Below are positions 13,301 to 29,521 of a stretch of 64,000 nucleotides of DNA, piece after piece. The stretch's first letter is position 1. Every line of letters begins with the position of its first letter. Location: positions 35,836,001 through 35,900,000 of the forward strand of contig NC_135660.1 in NCBI RefSeq assembly GCF_964188315.1, written 5' to 3'. The position numbers were made by a program, and so were the translations under genes. The stretch comes from Podarcis muralis. Its lineage: Eukaryota. The notes below the pieces were generated by a model that was given only the letters and a program-made list of their open reading frames with translations, was not told where the DNA came from and did no database searches.

Positions 13301-16300
13301 TGGGTCAACTTGCTTGCTCCTTGCAGTGTGAAGTGTTTTTTGAGCATGGATTTGTCACAGTAGGAATAAATCGTTACTGTTAGTGCTACATGACAGGAAT
13401 GCAAGTAAACACTCAACTGGAGGGTGTTAAAACAAGATTGAGGTGTCTTTCGCTACTCAGAGACCAGACTGGAAAGTAAAATGTTGATTTTGCTTTTCTT
13501 TGATAAATGGTTTTGTTTAATAGTTCGGGATTATAGTCTTCAATATTCTTTGTCATTTTTTGTGATGTTGTGAAAACAAATAATGTGTGGCGTTGAGAAA
13601 ATTGATTAGATCTTCTATATCTCAGATTGGAGGTGGGTGAAAGGGAAGAAGCAAATGGAAAACTATTACAATGTTCTAAATGCCTTCATTGACAAAAAAG
13701 ACAGCTACTACTCAATCCACCAAATAGGTAAGATGGATACCTATGCTGTGTTTCTATGCCTTCCTTGCAATAAGGAGTTCCCAATTTATTTATTTTTTGA
13801 GGGAAACTACTTATAAATTGCACTGTCAACTATATACTAAGAATGTGGACTGTGTTTAGACAGTAAACTCATGCCAACTAATGAGGACAATGGTATATTC
13901 AAAGCATCTGTTGCTGTTGCTGTAAATGAACAAAACAACATATGTTGTTTGTGCTGTTCAGAAAGAGAGGTCGTTATGTGAGTTCTAGAGGAGGAGGAAG
14001 AAACATGGTGATGGAGGTGATTCAGATTTCACATTTTATGGAACTAGGTGATCTAGATGTGGGCCATTTCAGAATTATGCTTATTTCTATAATAGTGCAA
14101 TCCTATACATATCTACTCAGAAGTAAACACAATTGGGCTCAGTGGGACTTTCTACCAGGTGCATAGAACTGTTCCTGAAGTCTACTGTACAGTGAGATAG
14201 ACCTTCAACTTCCTTTCATCTTTCACAAACAAGATCTCCTGGCACATCTACTTCACAGAATGTGGAGTGAAATGTGCACAAAGTGAAGGCTAGTGAGACT
14301 TTCCAGAATAGCCTTCTATTCAAAATCTTCATACTTCTTCTGCACTGAGCCATTAGAAATCTATTTGTTTTTAATTTTTAAAAAGTCCACTGTGGTTTGA
14401 CCTTTGATATTGCCCTGATATTGTCCTGCTCACAAACAAACAAATGAAGACAATGGTATATTTTAAAAAAATGTGTGTTTTATATCTGATGCCAGAGAAC
14501 AACTCTTGCTGAATGTTTTCACTAGACAAAGTCCCTTGTGAGTCTGTCTCTGACAGCTGTATATATCACCTAAATGGTCTTGTGAATCCACTTTTGGATG
14601 GATGGACCTCCTCCATATTTAGTGACCGTCTGATACTAGGCACTCTCAACTTCATTAGGAATCACAATTAAATTAAAATCCTGGTTTTAGCATAACGAGC
14701 AGTCTGATACTATGCATGCTTACTGAGAAGTAAATCCCACTGAGTTAAGTCTGCTGATGCTGTGGTCCTATACTAATTTATCCAAGTAAATAAGACTCCT
14801 GAAAATAATTAGGATAAGAAAAACAGACAGCGTGACTATCAACTCCTATTCATATGCAGTTAAAAAGAGTCAATTGATTCTGTGTGTGTGGCACGTTCTA
14901 AGATTTTTGAGGACTGCTTGAGAGTAACTAATGAAACTAATGAAAAGTCAGGAGTTGCCCCAGTGGACATCACAATGATTGGCAGCACCCACACATATGT
15001 AGCAAACACTGAAGTTTTAATGCTTCCAAGGCTAAGGTGCAGAAATGTGTTCTTAGGGATAAACAGAGAAGGCAGGAAACATGTTATAGTCGTGGTCTCC
15101 AGATATGCCAAGCAGCTGCAATATGATTTAAGGAGAACTGTGGTTTCTTGACATCTCTCAAAATCTGGTGAACAGAATGGTTTTTCCAACAACAAAAACT
15201 GTGTCAGATTATTATGGCTTTCCCCATGGAAGCACAATTTTGGTACTTTCCTTGATGCTTCTGAAGTCGTCTTGTACATTAAGGAGTGAGAGCATTTCTC
15301 CCCCACTTTTTAATACCTAAATCATTTCAATAGAGATTAGAACGCTTTTCCTAAGCCTTCTAATATGCCTTATTTAAAGGAGTATGCAGATTGTTGCTTG
15401 ATGCATTTTGCAATTATTTCACGGCCCTTTGCCTCCAGAGAGGTAGCAAAATCTAAGTATCTGCTAACTAATTGAAGTACCCATAGTGTTTCAGAAAGTG
15501 CCTTGGCTGAAATTATGGACCAATTATGGTTTGTTTGCTGTTTGCTGTTGCAGCCCAGATGGGAGTTGGAGAGGGGAAATCCATAGGCCAGTGGTATGGA
15601 CCAAACACAGTTGCACAAGTACTCAAGTAAGTGCTCAGTGAATCCAACTGTCTTGGGTGTTATTATTTTTTAGTACACAAAACTCTTAGTAACTGTTACT
15701 GTGCTAAAAATTAGAATGATTTGCCTTGGATCGAATGATTAGAAAACATTTATCCAAATCAACACACATATATGCAGTTCTGACTTGCACCATATCACAA
15801 TATGCATTTTGTATTGGGTTAGTGGAAGGAGTGATTGAGGTTAGGGTTCCATATAAGTAAAGAGTCTATGGGGAAGGCGGATAGCACTACGTAGATATTC
15901 TGCCTCACTGGTTATTAGAAGGCCAGCCTAGACCATGTCTCATCTCTGACCTTTTACTATGATGTTTGTATTTTATACACACGGGAAACATCTCCTGTGA
16001 AATAAGAGCTGCAAAAATTTGCTCGCTAAAATAATATGAAAAATAAGACTTGGGATACCATATTTGCTACATGACTACCACCGGGTAGCAATCTGGATTT
16101 CCAAAGTGTTCTAAACCCTTGATGTAGTGGCAGATTCTCCTTTCTCTAATGCATTTGCCGCTAACTTTCTTCTCGTTCTCTTCCTTCTAGAAAACTTGCC
16201 ACTTTTGATACATGGAGCTCCTTGGCAGTGCACATAGCCATGGACAATACTGTTGTGATGGAGGAAATTAGTAAGTGTTTCCTTTGTGGGGCTGTGTTGT

Positions 16301-19300
16301 CTTTTTGATGAAATAAATCTATATGGAATGGAACGGAACTGTGGAGTGTCTATGTTACAGCAATGCTTCCTGACTCTCATGGGGATGTGCAACCAGAAAA
16401 GCCAAATGAGTACAATTAACTTTCATCATTTCAGATTGTAAAGTGAAACTGATTCTTAACTATGAACAAGGGCACTTCCTTTAAAGAGGGAAAAGAATTT
16501 TACAAATATCAGACTGCTGACTAATTTAGGTGGGGCATGTTAGAGGTGGATGCCTGAAATAGGACAAGACCAGAAATCTTCTCGAGTGCTTTCATATTGT
16601 GCTTGGAGGAAAGTGGAAAGTTTAGGTCCTATTGTTGGTGCCCCGACTCTTAGATTCTATGAACGCAAAGGATGTTTTTTTGGCAGCTCTTTGAGACTTT
16701 TCCTGAAAGTGTTTCTGCTTATGACTTATCTCTTCATAGGAAGGCTGTGCAAGCTCAGCTGTCCATGTCCTGGGGCTTCAGCATTTCCTGCTGCAGAATT
16801 GGACTTGCTTTCCAATGGTTATCCAGATGGAGCAGAATGTATGGACAGGCTATTGTCCTGGAAACCTTTGGTGCTCCTGATACCTCTTCGCCTTGGTCTC
16901 ACAGACATCAATGAAGCCTACATTGAAACACTGAAGGTAGAGGGGGAAATTACTTACCTGAGAGCAGAACTTGTTTATGAGTAGACATGCCTAAATAGTG
17001 CTGTCAATTACCTTGCTCCTTGCAAATCTTGTGCACTGCGGTGGTCCTCCCTTGCGGCAGAACATTTGTTCTAAAAATGACTGTTCTGCTGCCTTTTCCT
17101 GAATAATCTGCAGGCCAGCATGTGTCTCCTCCATGTTTCTAAACACAGATTGTTCTTTACTTGGGTAGATTTTCCAGTTTATGCCAGCTGATATGTGACT
17201 CATTGCCTGCCTGTTTTCCAGCACTGTTTTATGATGCCTCAGTCCTTAGGAGTCATTGGAGGAAAACCTAATAGTGCTCATTATTTCATTGGATATGTAG
17301 GTGAGTAACTGTCATCAGTGAGTACATCAGTGGGTTACCTAGCTAAATTTTGGGAGTACAGCTATAAGCCTACCAAGGGAGCAACTTTATCAGATGCACA
17401 TTGCCATGTCACATGGCACGCCTTGCCATTAAAGAGGAATGCTTTGCTAAATAACAAATCTTTGTGTGTCATTTGGTTTAGATAAAATATTAATTGTTGA
17501 GAAATAGTCAGTGCTTCCCACACCCTCTGAAAAATAGGTGGTACCCCCTGAAAAAAATCACTGAATTGAGTGATCCCTCATGCATTACCATCTTACGCCA
17601 TTTTTCACTGTTTCCTTTTGCAAGTATTTAAGACCTCTCTGACTTTCCCATTCCTGATCTCCCCGAAATGTAGCAACAGCGTACATTTGATCCGTTCTCT
17701 TCCCATGGGAAGTCTAATATTGTATTTCCTTTTTATGGCGTCTATTTTTGTCTAGGTGAAGAATTAATCTATCTTGACCCACACACTACGCAGCCTGCAG
17801 TGGAGCCCATGGAGAGTGGCCACATCCCTGATGAGAGTTTCCACTGTCAGCATCCACCCTGCAGAATGAGCATTGCGGAGCTTGATCCTTCAATTGCAGT
17901 GGTGAGTGTGTGCACCTGCAGTGAACTTTCACATTGTGAGACAGCTGTTAACTGTCTTTCAGCTCTCCATTAGTTTCCAGCTGATTCCTCTCCCTACAAG
18001 GACAGTGGTGTTGCCTTGCCTCCCTCCCATCTTCTCGCTATACTAACCTTTTAGCTGTCAAAATGTGTCTGCTTCTCAAAACATATCCAAGATATATTCA
18101 TTTACACAGAACACGAGACACAATTTTTGCTGATCTTGAAGGCATTTTCTGTTAATGTTAAGCCGATGCAAACTTTGCCTTTCCTTGTAGGGCTTCTTCT
18201 GCAACAATGAGGAAGACTTCAATGACTGGTGCCAGCAAGTAAAGAAGGTTTGTCTACAGCAAGTCCTTTGGTAAAAAAAGGATGATATGTGCCCAAGTAA
18301 CTTTTAAAAAATTATAGAAGTGAATTCAGCTTTGATGGGCACTGACTAATACATTTGAACAGAATCAGCATTAATGCAAAGATGTGTTGACCATATGACT
18401 TCTTTGAGACCAGGGCCTTCCTTAATAGCCATGTGACCAGCGTCTGGGATAGGTCAGGAATGAGGAACCTGTGATCTTTTAGATGTTGCTGGATGCAACT
18501 CCCCTTAACCCTGTTCCCTATTAGCCATGCTGACTGGGCCTGATGGCAGTTGGAAGTCCAGCAACATTGAGGAAGCCACAAGTTCCCCATCCCTGGGGCA
18601 GAGGAACGTTCAGGTTGTACTTCACTGGGGAAATGTTTCAGCTGCTTCTCTTTTTAAAACTTTTTGCCTGCTGCTCCTCCTGTGAAGTTCCCCGTGAAAT
18701 ATATATTTGTTAATATAGTTATCGATCATTTGCGTCTTCCAGGATTATTATTTTTTTAAGTCATGGTGTTTTGCAAAAGAGCATCTAAGGCTACAATGCT
18801 ATGCAAGCGTTTAATAATAATCAGCCCAAAATGGGGAATAAGCCCTAATGAATACTTGCTTTGAAGTAAACATGCTTTTCATTTCACTGTAAAATAAATC
18901 TATAAAGTGTGAAACTGGCTTGCTCAGCATTAACAAGTTATGGTAAACCCTAGGAATACCTTGACTGAGGAATTACCAGCCAGTTGTACACTTTTTCCAT
19001 TATTTTCCAACAGTTGTCACTGATCAGAGGAGCCCTACCAATGTTTGAACTGGTTGAACACCAGCCTTCGCACTTCTCTAGTCCTGATGTTTTGAATCTT
19101 ACTCCAGGTAATGCTTGCCTATTTGACTGTTTTTTGGTTACTCCAATTGCATAATTGTTGTGGTAGCTTTTATTTCTTCTTAGCCTAAAGTATATATCCT
19201 AGATGAGGCATTCGGCATTGGAAAGCCCACTGAAATTATTCATTTCAGTTGCAGTTTTGGAATGTTTAATCCCATATAGAATCACTATTGAAATGAACAT

Positions 19301-21063
19301 AGTGACCATTTAGGCACATTTTCTTTCATTAGAAGGGATGAGGAGACCAACCTATTTCTTGTCAGGAATATTCTGCATACACTTGTGATACTGGTCTCCC
19401 TTCTAGCAAAATATTAACTAATGCTTTACTTATTTCACCATTCCTGCTTGTGGGAAAAAGTTTACTTTTAAATACTATTTTCTCTGTAACAAATCCCCCT
19501 TTTGTTGTTGTTAAATTTATATCCCACTGTTTCTCAAGGTGACTTATGTGGGTCTCCCCCTCCTGTTATTCTTACAACAATCCTATGAAGTACAGTGGTA
19601 CCTCGCAAGACGAATGCCTCGCAAGACAAAAAACTCGCTAGACGAAAGGGGTTTTTGTTTTTTGAGCTGCTTCACAAGACGATTTTCCCTATGGGCTTGC
19701 TTCGCAAGACGGAAACGTCTTGCAAGTTTGTTTCCTTTTTCTTAACACCGTTAATACAGTTGCGACTTGACTTCGAGGAGCAACTCATAGAACGCGGTGT
19801 GGTAGCCTTTTTTGAGGTTTTAAAAGACTTTGGTGATTTTTGAAGCTTTTCCAAAACTTTCCCGACACCGTGTTTCGCAAGACGAAAAAAATTGCAAGAC
19901 GATAAAACTCGCGGAACGAATTAATTTCGTCTTGCGAGGCACCACTGTAGGTTAGAGTTGACTGACTCGAGGTGTTTCTGTGAGCTGCTAGACTGAATGG
20001 AAATGTAAACCCTGGTTTGCTAGGTGCTAGGTAACCACTAAACCATATTGACAGTCTCTCCAAAACTCCTCTCTACAAATTTTAGCGGAGAATATTTGGT
20101 AACATTGTCATTACATAATTTTACAGCAGCAATTAATATTTGACAACCAGCATACAATATTTAGTAAATTATAATAATAACTCTTAAGTATCCTCTTGAG
20201 TAGGTAAAAAACCCAAATATTATTTAATTTTGATGTCAGATTTAGAATCTGAATTTTGAGGTGAAACTCCAAATTGTGAAACTTTTAATTTTGTCAAAGG
20301 TTTGCAAAAATTCTTATCAGATCTGATTTGAAATTTGTTTCTAATATTTATCATAAAATTATAGCATGCTTTGCTTGAGTTTCTGCTTTTTAGTGTTCAC
20401 TAACATTTTTTGTCAGTACAATGATCTGTGTGTTTCTGTTGCCCACTCATGTCAAACTGGACCTGTTAAATTAGCTGGACATGGTGAATCTCATTGCCAG
20501 CTACTTAAACTTGTTCTCTTTGGATCATAGACACCATGGCAATGTTGTTGTTTTTTGCATCTAACCCTATACGGGGAATATGGTGAAGAGACTCACATGT
20601 CATTAATAATGTGGCACTAATTCACAATTTCAAAGCAAAGTATTGTACATTGTGTAGTATGTATCATGTGTAATATGCAAGGGAACAAACATAACTATTT
20701 CAGGATAAAGAGTATAGCATCAAAGCACTTTAGTATGCTCTCAATCTTCAGAGTTAGGAAAATTACAATATTCATTGACCTCTCCCAGGTATAACAGGAA
20801 CAGAGCCCGTTTGCCTGTTATCTGATCAGTTTTTTTCTTTTACCTGCACAAGCAACTTTCCGTAATGTGCTGGTTCCCAAAACAGTCCAGTAGCGTTCCT
20901 GGTCTTCTTGATAGATCTAAATATATGTGCTGGTGTAAATAATTCCAGGACTATATTAATTATGATTTATACCTCTCTTTGCCTTTCAGATTCTTCCGAT
21001 GCAGACAGACTGGAAAGATTCTTTGATTCAGAAGATGAAGACTTTGAAATCCTATCTCTTTAA
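4364..21063 (+). CDS. ATG4B: Cysteine protease ATG4B, spliced CDS join(4364-4373,10286-10384,10856-10927,12956-13054,13626-13727,15554-15626,16191-16270,16740-16936,17222-17300,17756-17901,18191-18247,19014-19107,20990-21063); 1182 nt, 393 aa
   Basis: All introns GT-AG and in frame; catalytic [10 protein letters not shown] and YLDPH motifs; C-terminal [12 protein letters not shown]. Confidence 0.98.
8661..9696. mobile_element. Possible decayed hAT element (ends only)
   Basis: CAAGTGGTTCTCAA / TTGAAAACCACTTG inverted ends; no TSD found. Confidence 0.35.
10286..10384 (+). CDS. ATG4B: ATG4B exon 2
   Basis: [33 protein letters not shown]; AG/GT borders. Confidence 0.97.
10856..10927 (+). CDS. 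ATG4B: ATG4B exon 3
   Basis: [24 protein letters not shown]. Confidence 0.97.
11628..11798 (-). mobile_element. Decayed tRNA-derived squamate SINE (Squam2-like)
   Basis: Reverse-complement similarity to the copy at 59994-60197. Confidence 0.6.
12034..12337. mobile_element. hAT (Charlie/Buster-type) MITE
   Basis: CAGGGGTAGGCAAC...GTTGCTGACCCCT ends; TSD GACTAGAC/GACTAAAC; internal duplication of about 70 bp; same family as 60794-61119. Confidence 0.88.
12956..13054 (+). CDS. ATG4B: ATG4B exon 4 (catalytic Cys)
   Basis: [33 protein letters not shown]. Confidence 0.98.
13626..13727 (+). CDS. ATG4B: ATG4B exon 5
   Basis: [34 protein letters not shown]. Confidence 0.97.
15554..15626 (+). CDS. 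ATG4B: ATG4B exon 6
   Basis: [24 protein letters not shown]. Confidence 0.97.
16191..16270 (+). CDS. ATG4B: ATG4B exon 7
   Basis: [27 protein letters not shown]. Confidence 0.97.
16740..16936 (+). CDS. ATG4B: ATG4B exon 8
   Basis: [17 protein letters not shown]...[26 protein letters not shown]. Confidence 0.97.
17222..17300 (+). CDS. ATG4B: ATG4B exon 9
   Basis: [26 protein letters not shown]. Confidence 0.97.
17756..17901 (+). CDS. ATG4B: ATG4B exon 10 (catalytic Asp/His)
   Basis: [49 protein letters not shown]. Confidence 0.98.
18191..18247 (+). CDS. ATG4B: ATG4B exon 11
   Basis: [19 protein letters not shown]. Confidence 0.97.
19014..19107 (+). CDS. ATG4B: ATG4B exon 12
   Basis: [31 protein letters not shown]. 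Confidence 0.97.
19525..20060 (-). mobile_element. Old CORE/MIR-like (Squam3-like) SINE remnant split by a MITE
   Basis: Flanks rejoin to ACAACAATCCTATGAAGTAGGTTAG, resembling the CORE motif ACAACCCTGTGAGGTAGG; decayed tRNA-like head ends near 20060. Confidence 0.55.
19593..19947. mobile_element. Tc1/mariner (Tigger-like) MITE, GCAAGACG family
   Basis: 22-bp TIR CAGTGGT(A/G)CCTCGCAAGACGAA; TA TSD on both sides. Confidence 0.92.
20990..21063 (+). CDS. ATG4B: ATG4B exon 13 (to stop)
   Basis: [24 protein letters not shown]. Confidence 0.97.
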
Positions 21064-22796
21064 AGAACAATAAGAAGCTAACTCTGCCAATTTGTGTTGT
21101 GGGGGGAGGGGAGCTCCATGGAGAGCCTAGGGCTACCAGCTTTCATAGGTGCTTGTTGACATCCCTGCCTCCCATCCACCCCAGCATTCTGTGCAGCCTT
21201 GGAGCTGAGTGGATTTTTTTGCAGTGGGATCAAGAAACGGGTCATCATTTAAGGCCTTAATAGATTTAGTCAGGCTTTCTCCGTGCAAGAGTACCTGCAG
21301 GAAAAGGAGGCAGTGTTTCCTAGGAGCTGAAGATTATTTTTATGTTAGCAAGCCAAAAGGGTGAGCAAGAATAGTAAAAGCCCTTCCGAGTGCTTGGCTC
21401 TTACAAGTTCTGTTATTAAGGAAAACTTAAAATCCCATTTTGCTTCTGTCTCACTTTTTGTAGTTTGATGTGGAAACCAGCATAAAACACAGACACCTAT
21501 CCAATAGCTGTCTCTTTAGCCCAGCAGAATGTGTCCTGTGTAAATTGGGGGGTAAAAGCTCTCACAAGATGATTTGCATCAACTGTTGCTACTCATGCTT
21601 TAATTTATCTCGGATACAGTGCTTCCAGAGAGATGTATTACTGCTTTTAAGTTCCAAAATGGCCCTTTGTTTTAAACTCTCATACTCTGCCCAGTGGTGT
21701 CATTCTAGAAATCACGGAATCTCATCATGCATAGCAAATGATACAGTAAGAAGTATGGGTCGGAAATTACAAATATAACTGTTCAGTATAGAGAGTAGGG
21801 AGGGCTTGGACAAGTGCTCTCTTTCAGCTTGGAGGCCATTCACAGCACATCCAAAAGGAAGAACTGACAAGTTAACCAGGATATGGCTTCATTAAATATA
21901 ACCTGTATTTGTTGGGTATTTTTCTATTCCATATTAAAAATATGGTGGCTGCTATTTAATAAAATGTGGTGGTAGAAACATCCACCAGCTCACTTGAATT
22001 GAAAGTACCTCTGCTTCCTTCTCTTGATTCCATCTCTTTGTGTTTAGATTCTGATCATGAAATCTGGAGATTGTTACATGGATTTGAAATGCTTTGCTTT
22101 AATGCCAAAATTGTGATATTAAAAGCCTGGCGTGGTTATTGCCAGAGGCTTGCCCCCCCCCTTCTTTCCCCGGTTTATACACTACACAAGGTTAAGTTTC
22201 TCTTGCGTGGTGATGTTCACTTGCTTTTCAGTTTTATGTTGTGACTTGTAAGGTATACTAGTTTCTAAAGAAAATCTCAGCAAATTCTGGATGCCTTGAA
22301 ATGTTAATTTACCAGCTCTCAGCTAGGCTGGAAATGGTGGCTGTTGTACTCTTAAAATAGCATTAGTTACCTTTGTTTAGAAGAGATGAGAATGGCTGGA
22401 GAGGACCCGCCACTCCCCCCACCCACAAGTATTGACCACCTTTTTGAAATTCAGTCGCTTCATTGATGGATGCTGGAGGTGGCAAATATGTTTACAAAGC
22501 ATTTTTTCCTGCATTTATCAGCAGTGCTATCAGCCTAAAAGATGGCAGTATAGCCATCTATAAAGTAACTGCATCTAGGGGTAACTGGTCTACTGGTAGT
22601 AGGTCGTAGGTCTGATTGCCCCTTAAAGCTGCCAGAAAGCAGAGGTCTGAACCATGATGCTTATTTGTCATTGTTATAACTTGCTGTCTTTCTCTTGCTG
22701 TTTCTCCTCTTCTCTTGATCATAGACTTTTGGAGGGAGAGGAGGCAGAGGAAGTGGGGCTGTGCTCCATTCATCAACTGCTTTCAATTTGTAACTG

Positions 22797-22802
22797 AATA
22801 AA
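22797..22802 (+). terminator. Candidate ATG4B polyadenylation signal
   Basis: AATAAA followed by a T/GT-rich stretch; an alternative AATAAA lies at 21958. Confidence 0.45.
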
Positions 22803-25793
22803 CCAAGTTAAAAGAAACCTTTGTATTTTTGGTACTTCTGCCCTGCTGAGTCGGAAATGTCAGACTAATTGAAAAGTGGGTCATAACCAAATGCTGTTTG
22901 TGACATATTCCATGAAATTTTTGGCCTGCTCTGTCAGATAGGGTAGAGTCCCTTCCTCTGAAAGATCAAACCAGGAGTGGCAAGAAACGTTCTGCTCACT
23001 TCTCTCCTCCATATTCTGGTCCTGCTTGCTTTGTGAGGCCAAAGCTGCATTTTTCATAGAATCAGGATTGCAGAGCTGGAAGGGATCCTGAGGATCATCT
23101 AGAATCAAGTCCCTCAGGGCCTCTCCTTGCATGCCTCTTGACAATGCTTGCTCGATCTGTTGAAGCCAGAGCATTTCCCCACCAGTTTGTGTGATGCAAC
23201 TGGCGCTCCTGGGACATGCTCGGCTCTCTACTTGTCCTGTGACAAGGGCAAAATATAGGACAGGATCCGTGCCTCACTGCTTTTGCTGAACATGGGCTCT
23301 TCTAGTCACTGAGTCTGGGACCAAACTCCTGGTTTCCTTCTGAGAAGTAGGCACCCTCACTAGGAAGCAAAGAAGATTGATCCTGCTTATATAATACAGG
23401 GTGTAATGTCATCCCAAGGTTACGGACTAACTTCTAGGAGAGGCAGAAAAATGAGGTACTTGTTATGTCCTAACACACAGCAATCAAACATGAGGCCTGA
23501 AGGTTGCATGCTGTCCTTGAGGCCTTGGTAGCCCTGGCACTGCCAAGGATGGTGCTGGGGATGAAGCGTAAGGGCTCAGACAGGGTCCTAGAGTCCTCCA
23601 CCTTCCCAAAGCCTAGTGTTTTTTTCAACTTTGAGAAGAATGTGAGGGTTCTAGGACCCTGCCAGAGCCCCGTGCCTCCTTCCCCAAGTCCAGCGCTTTG
23701 CGAGGGCTGGGTGTGTATATCTTTAGTTTTCTATGTATTTCTGTTTTCCTTTAACACATGTAAAAGAATACTGAGATCAGAAGATAATGATGGAAGACAG
23801 CATCAGTGCCTATAATGCACCTTTGGGACCATGAAATGATGTAGTACTAGAATTGCATCCTACTATAACCTCCCCTGCGGTTCAGTCCAAACTCTGACGG
23901 TGATCTTGAGATGTTACCTATAACTACCCTCAAACTTAGTAGTAAGAATTTTGAGGATAGCACTGTGGTTTTGTCAAAACTTTCAGGAAACAAAAAACCT
24001 GATTTTTAAATAAAATCCTAGCAGAGATCCTAGTTCAGGTACAAAGTCTAGCAATGTCAAATTACATAGCACCAGTGATCATATTGAATTCAACATAAAA
24101 ATATGAGAAATAGCCTGGGAATTGCCTTTTTTTTTATGGGGAGGTGGTATGATTAAAGGATAGTTGAAATGTATATATAGACTGCAGCTTAAGTTCCAAA
24201 GCCCATGAAAGGATTTATTATATTAGAAAAGGTACACACAATTCCAAGAGAACACCAACATGAGTAAATAAAAGATTTCTAGATATAAAATGCAAGACTG
24301 CTTTCTTTAAGAATAGGAAAGTGCAAAAATTGGCAAATAAGTTAACAGCAAAGGACAAATTTGAAGAATGCATTTCTAAATATGCAAACAAGTTGCTTCT
24401 TTAAATAAATCACTAATAGGAAACTGAACAAAGGCTTTATCACCATAACAAGGTTTGAAGGTGATAGTGGGAACAATATTGTGAATCTGCAAATAGGTTA
24501 ATTCTCTACATCAGTCTATGCTTTAGAATATGGTGGAGACCCATATCCAAACCACTGCTTCCGAAGAACACAAAAAAAGTCAGATGAAATCTTTAGATAG
24601 GAAAAAGTCTAAGAAATATCTCAAGAATTTGAGAACTCAAATACAGTAGACTTTCATTAAAAACACTGCTCTAATCAGGATCTTTACTACATAATTGGAC
24701 AGCAGCCCCCGTAATACCACTAAAAAACAAACACCATAAATGGGGCTAATATAATTCACAAAGAAATGGTTTTGGTGGTAGTGTTTTAAAAGCGTGCAGG
24801 CATTTCTCCTTTCATAATACTGAAATCCAGAGTTACCCAGTGAACTGCCAGTTGAGTTTTCAAGGCTGTTCAAATGTTGTTGGACTCCCAATTACCATTA
24901 AACCGAGCCAGCGTGGTCAATGGTCAAGAATGATGGGAGTTGTAGGCTAGCAACTTCTGGAGGGTTCCTGTGTCGTGCTAGAGTTAAGATTCCATATTAA
25001 GTTAGCCTTATTTTGACCAGGTACCATAACCTCAACTCTCTCATATGACACTTTCCCCCATTTATGCAGGAAACGAAGAATACTGTCCGTGGCAAAGGGT
25101 TGTGTGTCGCTCCAAATATTTAGGTTGGGAAGTTAATGCACTATTCTCTGTTGGGAAGGCAGGGTGAAACATCACATTTAGTCACGCTAAAGCAGCTTGA
25201 TCTAGAGCAGGGGTGGCTATGTTGTGGCCCATCAGATCAGGCCATGGTGGTAGAGGCTGATGGGAGTTAAAGTCCAACAACATATAGAGGGTGACAGGTT
25301 AATTACTCTGTTCTAGAGTGAAAGGTGCTTAATCAGCACTGGGGTGGGCATGTTTCAAGTTATTTAAGCCATCCTATCAAGTACATATTGCAGGGATAAG
25401 GAACCTCCAGGCTTCCCTAGCTGGCGCTTGGATCTAGCCCAGGCCCCGCCCCTAGCCTCAGCCCATACCACTTACCAACCCAGCACTGGATCTTCCTTGA
25501 CTGCTTCTGTATGGCTGGACTACATCCTTGAACTCTGATAATGCCTCTTGCTTGTGTGACTGGAGAGGTGCATGTGTGTACAGGAACCTTTGACTTTGCA
25601 TAGCTGGAATGTAGCTTACCATACAAAGGGAAGAGTTGTACTGTTGTCTATCCACTTCTTGCCTCTCAGACTGTGTACCACTGGCATGTGGCCTTCTAAA
25701 AGGTTGCCCAAGAGGCAGTGTGGTCTTTGGGCTAAAAAAGATTCTCCACTCGACATAACTTTGTGCTCGACAACATTAGGTGAAAATCTGACA

Positions 25794-25799
25794 TTTATT
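25794..25799 (-). terminator. Candidate DTYMK polyadenylation signal
   Basis: AATAAA on the minus strand about 340 nt past the stop codon. Confidence 0.4.
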
Positions 25800-26139
25800 A
25801 GTAAACTTCTTCCGCCTCATTGCGAAAAGAAAAGCTGTTTTAAAATTATGACTCTGGAAAACAACAGCTACTATAGTGCTGAAGTATTAAGTCTCTCTTG
25901 GTAGGACAAAAAGACCTTTGTCTAATGCTTCTTTCACGCATCTACTCCAGTCCAAGTCCCGACAGAGCTGCCAGTTCAGTCTCTTATAAAACGCCACCCA
26001 AAACAGAAAGAAGAGAGCTGCATCAAGAGCAAGTCTAACAAATCCTATTTGATAATATAAATACAGGGTGGCTTGAAGGTGAATGGTGCAGATTTTGGCT
26101 AGGTGAGAAGTGACCCCGAGGAGATGATATACTCCAGTC

Positions 26140-29521
<3,382 letters not shown>

